A DNA stretch of 64,000 nt from Spirochaetia bacterium (GCA_965208575.1 CBDBOV010000005.1:352001-416000); one strand, 5' to 3'. Counted from the first letter of the stretch, positions 19,942 to 28,896 are shown. Program-made: numbers and translations. The notes: a model not told the origin generated them from the sequence alone.

Positions 19942-21771
19942 TCAGAATCCCATTTCTCGCTTCAGATCCTGGTCGATCCAGAGGCGGGCGAGGATGGGAT
20001 GATACGTCAGGTCTCCTAGCGAGTATTCACCGTTATAGCCCTTGACCCACGGATTGTTCGCCTGAAACTGTGGCGCCAGAGGACCCCAAATCTGCATGTG
20101 TTGCTCGAGCACGAACATATTGTACGCTTTCGCTGCCTCGAACTGCTCCTCTTTGGTCGTAGCAGCGTAATAGGCATCGGAGGCCGCGTCCAGCACGGAG
20201 GTGTCGATTGCGCATGGGTCGCTACAGGCCAAGTATTCGCGGGGGAACAGATTGCTATCGCGATGAGTCTGCATGGCCCAGACAGCAGCCGGATGGCCCA
20301 TGTCGCCAGTGGCCATTTCATACGCGGTTTCTGCCTTGGCAGCCACCCAAGTCCCCGTGTCGGCAATACGGGTCGTTATATCAACGCCAATATCAGCCCA
20401 GTACCCGGCGGCGACTTCCGTATAGCCCAAGTCTATGACGTCTCGGTGCAAATACTCTGCCGTGAATCGAATTCCGTCCGCGCCGCGCGGATAGCCTGCC
20501 TCATCCAGGAGCTTCTCGGCACCCTCCGGGTCATACCTGTAGTATTGCTGGAGCTCTTCTGGCCACTCTTCAAATGGGGTGTAGTGCCCCTTGGCGCTAA
20601 TCCACGCAGGGTCTTCCCAGTCTGAAAAACCGCCAAAGTAGGTATCGTCAATCGTCTCCAGATCGAGTGCCATCTGCAGTGCGTGGCGCACCCTGACGTC
20701 GTCAAATGGCGCGTTGCGAATGTTCAGAGTAAAGACCTGAAACGCCCGCTGGTAGTAACTGTACACCTCGATTTCCGGGTTGGTCCTCTGGATGCTCCTT
20801 ATCACGTCCATGTTTCCTATGTCAGCGACCCCTGCGTGTTGTATGATATCAATCTTACCCGTACGCAGTGCCGAGATACGGGTTGCTTCTTCTGCCATGA
20901 GGGGGGCCCTTATCTCGTCAACATAGGGCAAGCGGTTCTCCGGGTATTTCTCGTCGTAGTCCCAGAAGTCAGGATTCCTGGTAAAGGTCTTGGAGACGCC
21001 CTCGACATACTCGGTCAGGATAAGAGGCCCGGTGCCGACCACGTTCTTCCAGTCCTCATAGTTGCCGTAATGCTCGATTACGTCGCGGGGTAGTATCCAA
21101 CTCTGGCTTTCACCGAGGATCGGTTGTAGCGCATCGAGGTATGGCTCAGTGAGCTTCATAACAACCGTATATCTGTCGGTGGCCTCTATCGATTCCCATG
21201 GCAGGTTGAACGTGGGGCCGGCCTGAGCGGGAGGTTCGGTGAAGTCCCCCTGAGCGGTCTGGCGCTGATAGGAATAGACGACATCATCGGCGGTCAGCTC
21301 CCGACCGTTTACCAACCGACTGGCCTCACTGTCCGGATCAAGAGCGTAGTGAACGCCCTGGCGGATGTGAAAGACGTAGGTCACCGGGTCGGGCGTCTCC
21401 CAGCTTTCCGCCAGATTCCCGGTCAGGACGTGGGTAGGAACGAAATTGTCCGTCCAGTCGAATACTTCCCTATCCAGTGCCCAGTCCCCGATGGCGAGCT
21501 TCTCATTGACACCGTCTATGAGCCAGCCCGCTTCGAAGCCAACAGCAAAGGGGTCTACATTGTCGCTTACCCTACCACCCCAGCCGTAGGTCAGTGTCCC
21601 GCCGTACTCCGGCGCGGTCACCATCTTTCCGGTGGCGGGGTCCATCACCATTTCCTTCTCCATGGCGGCTGCCGGCTCCTGTTCGGCGGCCGGGCTTGCC
21701 CACAGGCCGGTCGCGGCCACACCGAAACCGATCAGTACCGCCAGGGTCTTTCGCAAGACTGCGTATTGCAT
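19942..21771 (-). CDS. Family-5 ABC substrate-binding protein, unit A
   Basis: SD aggagg, signal peptide MQYAVLRK...GLWA, family-5 motifs, ends WIDQDLKREMGF. Confidence 0.92.
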   Translation of the reverse strand: MQYAVLRKTLAVLIGFGVAATGLWASPAAEQEPAAAMEKEMVMDPATGKMVTAPEYGGTLTYGWGGRVSDNVDPFAVGFEAGWLIDGVNEKLAIGDWALDREVFDWTDNFVPTHVLTGNLAESWETPDPVTYVFHIRQGVHYALDPDSEASRLVNGRELTADDVVYSYQRQTAQGDFTEPPAQAGPTFNLPWESIEATDRYTVVMKLTEPYLDALQPILGESQSWILPRDVIEHYGNYEDWKNVVGTGPLILTEYVEGVSKTFTRNPDFWDYDEKYPENRLPYVDEIRAPLMAEEATRISALRTGKIDIIQHAGVADIGNMDVIRSIQRTNPEIEVYSYYQRAFQVFTLNIRNAPFDDVRVRHALQMALDLETIDDTYFGGFSDWEDPAWISAKGHYTPFEEWPEELQQYYRYDPEGAEKLLDEAGYPRGADGIRFTAEYLHRDVIDLGYTEVAAGYWADIGVDITTRIADTGTWVAAKAETAYEMATGDMGHPAAVWAMQTHRDSNLFPREYLACSDPCAIDTSVLDAASDAYYAATTKEEQFEAAKAYNMFVLEQHMQIWGPLAPQFQANNPWVKGYNGEYSLGDLTYHPILARLWIDQDLKREMGF

Positions 21772-22062
21772 CTTTGCCTCCTGCAATTCGAGAGTGCCGG
21801 TCTCACTGTGCATCCGTCGCCCACTCTCGACGCGCACCGGCAATCTCCGGTGCCCGGAAAGCGACGGCGACAGCCCCGAGCTACATCGACATCCGGCACC
21901 TCCTTGAACGCGCGCGCGGACCTGAGCCCGGAGCACCGCGTGAGGCGGTGTGCTGCGGCGTAGCGAAAGTCAGGGACCGGCAACGTCGGCGGTGCGGTGT
22001 GCAGGCGGTCGGAGGAGCGGCGGTGCGGCCGAAGCGGCGCGCGGGGCGATCAGCCGGAGCGA

Positions 22063-22164
22063 CTATTGCTTGTGATTCAGGTATTTGCCGGGGGGGGGTA
22101 GGACACACCGGGTCCCGTTAACCGGTGGCGTCCTCAAGTGCCTGTGGTATTGCATCGTCCACAT
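22063..22164 (-). CDS. Putative leader peptide (uORF A), MWTMQYHRHLRTPPVNGTRCVLPPPGKYLNHKQ
   Basis: Start and stop positions are conserved in copies B and C. The C9 tract encodes PPP. Confidence 0.6.
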   Translation of the reverse strand: MWTMQYHRHLRTPPVNGTRCVLPPPGKYLNHKQ

Positions 22165-22188
22165 AAGCCTGTTCTCCGACAGAGGGGC

Positions 22189-22217
22189 ATCATAAGCCAC
22201 GCGCAACGGGCTGTCAA
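22189..22217 (-). promoter_or_regulatory. Sigma70-like promoter TTGACA-N17-TATGAT
   Basis: Near-consensus match at the same position in units B, C and D. Confidence 0.8.
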
Positions 22218-22510
22218 ATCGCGCGGAGCACGACCCTGCGGCACTGCTCAATCCGCGAAGATCTCGTGAAACGGAGTTTGGTACGGGAGGAGTATTCCGG
22301 TGGTAACGCTCGTCGTGCAAGGACACTACTCGGTCGTCCGATCCGTTCGCGTCCGTCTGCCCGTTGCCAACTCGCGACCCGTTCGAGTCCCAACCTCGAT
22401 GCCCGTGCACACGCGCGGCGGGCGGTCAAGCGCCTTCAGCACGCGTTCTCTCTTGACCTCTTGACCGCGCCATCTGCCCTCTGTTCGATGCAACATGCTA
22501 CACTGCAGCC

Positions 22511-22765
22511 ATGATCAGCCGTGGCATTCGCGCCTATATGGCTCGCGAGTGGCGAACGGCGCGTGCTGCCAAGGACGCGTATTGGGCCGAGCGCATCGCC
22601 CGTTGCGGACCGCTGGAAGGACTGCGCATCGCCGACGAGTTGCGCAGGCAAGCACTGCTGCACAACCCGGAATGGCCGGATGCCGCCGCCCGGAAGCAGG
22701 ACCTCCTCGCTCACATACGCTTGGCCGAGTTGTTCACCCGTGCCGATTCCACCCGCCGCAGTTGA
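22511..22765 (+). CDS. Small hypothetical protein, probable antitoxin partner of the downstream nucleotidyltransferase
   Basis: 84 aa, overlaps the start of the downstream gene. Confidence 0.6.
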   Translation: MISRGIRAYMAREWRTARAAKDAYWAERIARCGPLEGLRIADELRRQALLHNPEWPDAAARKQDLLAHIRLAELFTRADSTRRS

Positions 22766-23330
22766 ACTGCTGACCGCACTGGCAAAGGTGCTCGCTGGCC
22801 GCGGGAGCTGGTACGTGTTCGGCGCCCAGGCAGTGATCGCGTACGGCGTGCCCCGTTTGAGCGCCGACGTCGACGTCACCGTCAGGCTGGAACCTGACGA
22901 TCCACAGCGGTTCGCATCCGCGATGCAGGCGGCGGGGTTCGTCTTGCGTGTCGAGGATCCGGAGTTCATCCGCCGGACTCGGGTGATGCCGTTCGTGCAC
23001 GCCGCCACCGGCATGCCGCTGGACATCGTGCTGGCAGGATCCGGACTGGAGGACGAATTCCTCCAGCGCACCCGGACGGTGGACCTCGGCGGCACGGCTG
23101 TCCCGTTGATCGCTCTCCAGGACCTCATCATTGCCAAGCTTCTCGCCAGCCGCCCCCAGGATCTCGCCGACGCGCAGAGCCTGTGGCGCATCCACGGGCA
23201 CAGCCTCGACGTACACTCGATTCGTCGGACACTGCGCTTGCTCGAAGAGGCGCTGGATCAAAGCGACCTGCTGCCGAGCTTCGACTCGATTCGCAGGACG
23301 GCCCGTGACGGGGAGCAATCGCCCCTGTAG
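22740..23330 (+). CDS. Nucleotidyltransferase (AbiEii/DUF6036-like)
   Basis: FGAQAV..YGVPRLSADVD and DLIIAKLLASRPQDLADA motifs. Confidence 0.8.
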   Translation: MPIPPAAVELLTALAKVLAGRGSWYVFGAQAVIAYGVPRLSADVDVTVRLEPDDPQRFASAMQAAGFVLRVEDPEFIRRTRVMPFVHAATGMPLDIVLAGSGLEDEFLQRTRTVDLGGTAVPLIALQDLIIAKLLASRPQDLADAQSLWRIHGHSLDVHSIRRTLRLLEEALDQSDLLPSFDSIRRTARDGEQSPL

Positions 23331-23400
23331 TGAGCAGCAACAGCAGCCCCGGGAACGCCATCAAGGCGTCCACGAAGCGCTGCGTCACCGGATCCAGCCG
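23331..23400 (-). pseudogene. Displaced internal fragment of a dppC-like permease (RLDPVTQRFVDALMAFPGLLLLL)
   Basis: Nearly identical to 18349-18418. Confidence 0.85.
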
Positions 23401-23669
23401 GCGAGGTCGCCTTCCACCAGCGACTCGATCAGCTTGCCCCACTGCCCGTTGAACAGCTCGTCCAGCTTGTACATGCGCCGGTCGGCTGCGCGTGTCTGCC
23501 GCGTGATCAGTTCATCGGTCGCCTGCAACCGCCGGTCGGTCTCCTGCATTTGGCGGTCGGTCGCCTGCATGCGCCGCTCAGCCTCCTGCTGCGCTGCGGA
23601 GATCTCCCGGAGAATCTCCCAGATCTCCTGCGGGGTCGCGGGTTCGCTGTGTCCGTTGCGGTCGGTCAT
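23401..23669 (-). pseudogene. Truncated coiled-coil DUF3782-like protein (N-terminal part)
   Basis: PQEIWEILRE, repeated ETDR heptads and WGKLIESLVEGDL, cut off at the dppC fragment. Confidence 0.65.
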
Positions 23670-23739
23670 CGGTACGCTCGCTCATCCCATTGTGGAGCAG
23701 ACCGACCGTTCCGGTAAAGCCGCCGGAGCAATCAAGCAA

Positions 23740-23865
23740 TCAATCGAGAGTCGACTCCTCTACTTCTCGGCCGGCGCCTGCGCGGCCGAGGCGGCCGCGC
23801 AGGCGGGCGTCCAGCAGGTCGCGCACCGCGTCGCCGACCGGCGTCCGCGGTGATACGTCACCCAC
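23740..23865 (-). pseudogene. dppC-like permease of unit B with almost the whole gene deleted
   Basis: First codons VGDVS are fused in frame to the terminal GDAVRDLLDARLRGRLGR. Flanks match 17803-17945 and 18795-18821. Confidence 0.85.
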
Positions 23866-23874
23866 GAGCGCACC

Positions 23875-24831
23875 TCATTCGTAGCGGATGCGCGGGTCCA
23901 GCGACGCGTACAGCAGGTCGGTCAGCAGGTTGACCAACACCACCACCATGGCGAAGAACAGATTCACCGCCGATACCACCGGGTAGTCGCGGTCGCCCAG
24001 CGCGTCCAGCATCAGCCGCCCCAGCCCCGGCAGGTTGAAGATGTTCTCGATGATCACCGAGCCGCCCACCAGGATCGGCAGCTGCATGCCCACCAGCGTC
24101 ACCACCGGGATGATGGCGTTCTTCACCGCGTGGCGCAGGATCACCGACCGCTCCAGCAGACCCTTGGCCCAGGCCGTGCGAATGTAGTCCTGGCGCAGCA
24201 CCTCCAGCATCATGGTGCGCGTCATGCGCATGGTGCTGGCCGACAGGTAGGTCCCGAGGATCAGGCTGGGGATGAGGAACATGCGGAGATTGCCCAGTGG
24301 GTCCTGGGCGAACGGCACCAGTTCCATCGGTGGCGACCAGGTCCACCAGATGGCGGGGTAGATCATCACCATGGTTCCCAGCCAGAAGTTGGGCGTCGCC
24401 AGCCCCATGATGGCCACCGACCGTCCCACGTAGTCGGCGACGGTGTACTGGCGCACCGCCGAGTAGATGCCTACCGGCAGGGCGATGACCAGGCCGATGA
24501 GAATGGCCAGCAGCCCGAGCTCGGCGGTGACCGGCAGTCGTACCAGCATGCGCTCCTCGATGCGCCAACCGCCAAGCAGCGACTCGCCGAGGGTGCCGCG
24601 CAGCAAAATATCTCCGATCCAGCGTCCATACTGCACGTAGACAGGCACGTCTAATCCCAGCATGCGCTCAAGAGCTTCACGGTCAACTTCGCCGCCGACA
24701 GATAACATACGACCGGCCATGATGCCGATGACGTCGCCTGGGAGGAAGCGGACCGACAGGAACACCAACACGCTCAGAATGAACAACGTGGGGATGACCA
24801 GCAGCAGCCGCCGGATGATGTAGGCTCTCAT
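23875..24831 (-). CDS. Peptide ABC permease (DppB-like), unit B
   Basis: Very similar to 18821-19777. Confidence 0.93.
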   Translation of the reverse strand: MRAYIIRRLLLVIPTLFILSVLVFLSVRFLPGDVIGIMAGRMLSVGGEVDREALERMLGLDVPVYVQYGRWIGDILLRGTLGESLLGGWRIEERMLVRLPVTAELGLLAILIGLVIALPVGIYSAVRQYTVADYVGRSVAIMGLATPNFWLGTMVMIYPAIWWTWSPPMELVPFAQDPLGNLRMFLIPSLILGTYLSASTMRMTRTMMLEVLRQDYIRTAWAKGLLERSVILRHAVKNAIIPVVTLVGMQLPILVGGSVIIENIFNLPGLGRLMLDALGDRDYPVVSAVNLFFAMVVVLVNLLTDLLYASLDPRIRYE

Positions 24832-25003
24832 ATCCTCGTGGCAAACAAAATGGGCGCCGGGAAGCTCAAGGCTCCCGGCGCCATTCTCTGCAGGTAGAAC
24901 AAGTGCGAAACGCTCGCGGACCCCGCTGACAGCTAGGCGTGGTCCCGGCTCGTGGAATCGCGCAGCGACTCCCGTTTCACTCGCCCAAGGGCGATTGACT
25001 TGC

Positions 25004-26842
25004 TCAGAATCCCATTTCTTCCTTTAGATCTTGGTCAATCCAAAGGTGGATGAGGACGCTCTTTGTTCCCGCATCCAGCACGTCCATTTCGCCGTTCCAG
25101 CCTTTCACCCACGGCTGGGCCAGCTGATAAAACGGAGCCATGGGAGGCCAAATCTGATTGTGCTGCTTTATCCCGAGCATATCAAACTCTTTGAATGCCC
25201 TCTGCTGCTCCTCAAGGGTGGTAGCGGCGAAAAAGGCTTCATAGGCGGCGGTCATCTCAGCGGTCTCGACATACCCGCCGATGTAATCGCGGCTAAATGG
25301 GCTCTCATCGCGATACCAGGCCATCAACTTTGAAGGGGCGAGATTAAAGCCCATGTCGCCAGTGGACATCTCATAGACAAGCTCTCCTGTATCACTGAAC
25401 GCCGAATGGCCCCTCCGACCGGCCCACGTAGCCGTGTCAACTATATTGATCGTTACATCAACGCCAATCGCAGCCCAGTAGCTTATGGCCACCTCTGGCC
25501 AGCCAATATCCCAGACATCGCGGTGGTCATAGGTGACCTTGAATCGAACGCCTTCCGCGCCGCGCGGATATCCAGCCTCATCGAGGAGCTTCTCGGCACC
25601 TTCCGGGTCATAGCGCCAGTATTGCTTGACCTCCTCGGGCCACTCTTCAAATGGGCTTCTATACTCCGGGAAGGCAAACCCTATCATCCCCATGGGTTCA
25701 GGCCTTGCGAAACCGCCAAAGAAGGTATCGTTAATCGTCTCGAGGTCCAGTGCCATCTGCATAGCGTGGCGTACCCTGACGTCGTCAAAAGGCGGCTTGT
25801 ACATGTTCAGTATGAAAGCACCACTCCCCCGCAGAAAATAGGGGCCCACCTGGATGTCGGGGTTGGTATTCTGGAGGCTCCTCAAAACGTCGCGGGATGT
25901 TATGGCAGCGCCGCCGCCGCCGGCGAAATGTATCATATCAACCTTACCCGTGCGTAGCGCCGCGATACGTGTTGCTTCTTCTTCCATATGCAGGCCCCGC
26001 AGCTTGTCAATATAGGGCAAGCGGTTCTCCGGGTATTTTGGGTCGTGGCCCCAGTAGTCAGGATTCTTGTCCCAGGTAGTCGAGACGCCTTCGACATAGT
26101 CAGTCAGCATAATGGGTCCGGTGCCGACCACGTTTCTCCAGTCCTTATAGTGGCCGTATTGCTCAATTACCTCGGGGGGCAGTATCCAACCCTGTTGGTC
26201 GGCGTGGATCGCCGTCAGCGCAGTGAGGTATGGTTCGGTCAGCTTGAATACAACCGTATATTTGTCGCTGGCCTCTATCGATTGCCATGGCAGGTTGATC
26301 AACTCGTAAGTCTGGAGGGGACGTTCGGTGAAGTCGCCTAGAACTACATTACGCTGAAAGGTATACACGACATCATCGGCAGTTAGCTCTCGACCATTCA
26401 TCGGTGGCTTATCATGCCAGTGAACGCCCTGGCGGATTTTGAAGATAATAGTTAGTGGGTCGGGCTGCTCCCAGCTTTCCGCCAGCCACCCTCTAGTTGC
26501 AGCTTCAATAAAGGTGAATGAGGTGGAAAAGTCCCATACGTCCCTATCTATTGCCCAGTCCCCCCAGGCGAGCTTCTCATTAACGGTACCGATCAGGTAT
26601 TCAACAGGGTGGCCAGTAATAAAGGGGTCACTAGTGTCGCTCACTGCTTTGTAGGGATAGGTTAGTGTTCCGCCATACTCCGGCGCGGTCACCACCTTGC
26701 CGGTGGCAGGGTCCATCACCATTTCCTTGTCCATGGCGGCGGCGGGCTCCTCTTCCCCGGCCGGGCTTGCCCACAGGCCGGTCGCGGCCAGACCGAGACC
26801 GATCAGTACCGCCAGTATCCTTCGCAAGATTGCATATTGCAT
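25004..26842 (-). CDS. Family-5 ABC substrate-binding protein, unit B
   Basis: Same signal peptide and motifs as unit A, ends WIDQDLKEEMGF. Confidence 0.92.
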   Translation of the reverse strand: MQYAILRRILAVLIGLGLAATGLWASPAGEEEPAAAMDKEMVMDPATGKVVTAPEYGGTLTYPYKAVSDTSDPFITGHPVEYLIGTVNEKLAWGDWAIDRDVWDFSTSFTFIEAATRGWLAESWEQPDPLTIIFKIRQGVHWHDKPPMNGRELTADDVVYTFQRNVVLGDFTERPLQTYELINLPWQSIEASDKYTVVFKLTEPYLTALTAIHADQQGWILPPEVIEQYGHYKDWRNVVGTGPIMLTDYVEGVSTTWDKNPDYWGHDPKYPENRLPYIDKLRGLHMEEEATRIAALRTGKVDMIHFAGGGGAAITSRDVLRSLQNTNPDIQVGPYFLRGSGAFILNMYKPPFDDVRVRHAMQMALDLETINDTFFGGFARPEPMGMIGFAFPEYRSPFEEWPEEVKQYWRYDPEGAEKLLDEAGYPRGAEGVRFKVTYDHRDVWDIGWPEVAISYWAAIGVDVTINIVDTATWAGRRGHSAFSDTGELVYEMSTGDMGFNLAPSKLMAWYRDESPFSRDYIGGYVETAEMTAAYEAFFAATTLEEQQRAFKEFDMLGIKQHNQIWPPMAPFYQLAQPWVKGWNGEMDVLDAGTKSVLIHLWIDQDLKEEMGF

Positions 26843-27130
26843 CTTTGCCTCCTGCAATCCGAGAGTGCTGGTCTCACTGTGCATCCGTCGCCCACTCTCG
26901 AGGCGCACCGGCAATCTCCGGTGCCCGGAAAGCGACGGCGACAGCCCCGAGCTACATCGAAATCCGGCACCTCCTTGATCGCGCGCGCGGACCTGAGCCC
27001 GGAGCACCGCATGAGGCGGTGTGCTGCGGCGTAGCGAAAGTCAGGGACCGGCAACGCCGGCGGTGCGGTGTGCAGGTGGTAAGAGGAACGGTGCAGGCGA
27101 AGCGGCGCGCGGGGCTATCGGCCGGAGCGA

Positions 27131-27232
27131 TTATTGCTTGTGATTCAAGTATTTGCCGGAGGGGGGGTAGGACACACCAATCCCGTCAACCGGTGGCGTC
27201 CTCAAGTGCTTCTGGTAGTGCATCGTCCACAT
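27131..27232 (-). CDS. Putative leader peptide (uORF B), MWTMHYQKHLRTPPVDGIGVSYPPSGKYLNHKQ
   Basis: Same length as uORF A despite compensating indels. Confidence 0.6.
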   Translation of the reverse strand: MWTMHYQKHLRTPPVDGIGVSYPPSGKYLNHKQ

Positions 27233-27258
27233 AAGCCTTTTCGCCGACAGGAGGGCCA

Positions 27259-27287
27259 AGTCTATTCCACGCGCAACGAGCTGTCAA
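27259..27287 (-). promoter_or_regulatory. Sigma70-like promoter TTGACA-N17-TAGACT
   Basis: Consensus-like and position-conserved. Confidence 0.8.
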
Positions 27288-27326
27288 ATCGCGCGGAGCA
27301 CGACGAGCACGACCCTGCCGCGCTGC

Positions 27327-27500
27327 TCAATCCGCGAAGATCTTGTTGGTGTCGAGGTTCAGTCCCGCCAACAGCGGCGATGTCGGGCGCTGCCCTTCCG
27401 GGTAGCGCTGCACCGGCTCGAAGTCATGCTGGGCGAGCGCCAGCACCTCGATGGTGCGAGCTTCGGCTACCACCCAGTACTCGGCCACGCCGTCTTGCTT
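27327..27500 (-). pseudogene. C-terminal fragment of a Uma2-family endonuclease
   Basis: GVAEYWVV...IEVL and SPLLAGLNLD..IF motifs. N-terminus missing. Confidence 0.7.
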
Positions 27501-27568
27501 TCCCGGTGCAATCAGACATATTGTTACCACTTATAAATCAAGTGGAGACAATTTGTCTGAGCCGGACC

Positions 27569-28162
27569 ATGCAAGAACGACCTGAAGAGATCTTCCGCCG
27601 GCACGGCGGCCAGCTCCGCATGAGCGAAGCCCTGGCGCACGGGATGACGCGCTACACCCTCTATGCGCTGAGGGACCGGGGCGTTGTCGAGCTGGTGAGC
27701 CGGGGCATCTACCGGCTGGTGGAACTGCCTCCCATTGGCAACCCGGACCTGGTCACGGTGAGCCTACGCTTCCCGAACGCCGTGATCTGTCTCGTCTCCG
27801 CGCTGGCCTTTCACGACATCACGACCCAGATCCCCCATGAGGTCTCCGTGGCGGTGCCACGGGCATCGCGTGTGCCGTCGCTGGACTATCCGCCCGTCCG
27901 GGCGTACCGATTCTCCGCGGAAACCTACCGACCCGGCATCGAAGCCCATCGCATCGATGGCGCGACGGTAAAGGTCTACAACAGCGGGAAGACCCTGGTC
28001 GACTGCTTCAAGTTCCGCAACAAGATCGGCATGGACGTGGTGCTGGAGGCGCTCAAACTCCACAAGGAACGAAACGGCTTCGATGTTCGGGTACTGCTTG
28101 GCTACGCCAAGGTCTGCCGGATGGAGAAGGTGATGCGGCCCTATCTGGAGGCCACCGTATGA
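27569..28162 (+). CDS. Type IV toxin-antitoxin AbiEi-family antitoxin
   Basis: N-terminal HTH, SRGIYRL, CLVSALAFHDITTQIP, KTLVDCFKFRNKIG. Confidence 0.85.
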   Translation: MQERPEEIFRRHGGQLRMSEALAHGMTRYTLYALRDRGVVELVSRGIYRLVELPPIGNPDLVTVSLRFPNAVICLVSALAFHDITTQIPHEVSVAVPRASRVPSLDYPPVRAYRFSAETYRPGIEAHRIDGATVKVYNSGKTLVDCFKFRNKIGMDVVLEALKLHKERNGFDVRVLLGYAKVCRMEKVMRPYLEATV

Positions 28163-28678
28163 CGGCACTCCGCAACGTACCCGCGTCGGTGCGGCAACGA
28201 CGTCGGGTACGGCGACGTGGTATATCCCGCACCCGAGGCGGCGGACCTTCCGACCATGCTGGACTTCCCGGCGCCGCGGCTGCTCTGCTACAGCCGCGAA
28301 TCCTGCATTGCGGAAAAGCTCGAAGCCGCGGTCAAGCTCGGCATGCTGAACAGCCGGATGAAGGACTTCTACGACATCTGGCTGCTGTCCCGTCAGTTCG
28401 ACTTCGATGGGTCCGAGTTGGCCGCGGGCATTCGGCGCACTTTCGAGCGTCGGGGAACGGCGCTTCCCGTGGCAATCGAGGCATTCACCCAGCCCTTCAT
28501 CGATTCCAAGCAGATTCGATGGATGGCGTTCCGGAACAGGCTCCAGTAGGATCATGTCCCCGCCTCGTTCACCGACATTGTGGCCGCGATGGCCGGCTTC
28601 CTGTCGCCCATCGTCGCGGCCGTTTCCTCCCGCCAACCCGTTCCGAACCACTGGACCGCACCCGGCCCGTGGACCTGA
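28159..28678 (+). pseudogene. AbiEii nucleotidyltransferase toxin, internally deleted and with a nonsense codon
   Basis: NVPASVRQR joins out of frame to DVGYGD...AEKLEA...NSRMKDFYD. The KGG catalytic region is missing and there is a TAG at 28547. Confidence 0.85.
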
Positions 28679-28837
28679 GTGTCCGGTGTCTGCGCGCCCT
28701 CCTGGCGGGCGGTGAGGCGTACCCGGATGCGACCCGCTGGCTCGTCACGCTTGACTTCCGCGCCGCGGCGCCTGCCGGACACCGTGAAACTGGGCGGCCG
28801 CGCCCAGTTGGCTGCTCGAAGACTGGTGATCCTGACC

Positions 28838-28896
28838 CGGGCGGCGCCGTAGCGGCCGAGGCGGCCGCGCAGGCGCCGCAGGCGGGGGTCCACCAA
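28838..28896 (-). pseudogene. Last codons of a dppC-like permease, unit C remnant
   Basis: DPRL..RGRLGRYGAAR matches 17875-17920. Confidence 0.8.

Larger units (their letters stand above)
21772..22265 (-). repeat. Conserved promoter/leader block of about 490 bp, copy A
   Basis: Near-identical to 26843-27343 and 30764-31226. Confidence 0.9.
26843..27343 (-). repeat. Conserved promoter/leader block, copy B
   Basis: Aligns with copies A and C. Confidence 0.9.

Noticed and set aside
21772-21936. 55-aa N-terminal extensions of SBP ORFs in the track (also 26843-27007 and 5755-5892)
   Set aside because: The SD and signal peptide place the start at MQYA or MNIA. The extension is out of frame in unit C.
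21895-21975. TPP-riboswitch-like words (ccttgaac, acctgagcccgg, gcggcgtagcgaa) in the leader
   Set aside because: They are antisense to the SBP gene and lack the GGGGUGC...CUGAGA half of the aptamer.
27183-27190. TTGAC within CACCGGTTGAC as a second -35 box with a poly-C spacer
   Set aside because: No consistent -10 at 17 bp in any copy, and copy A reads TTAAC.
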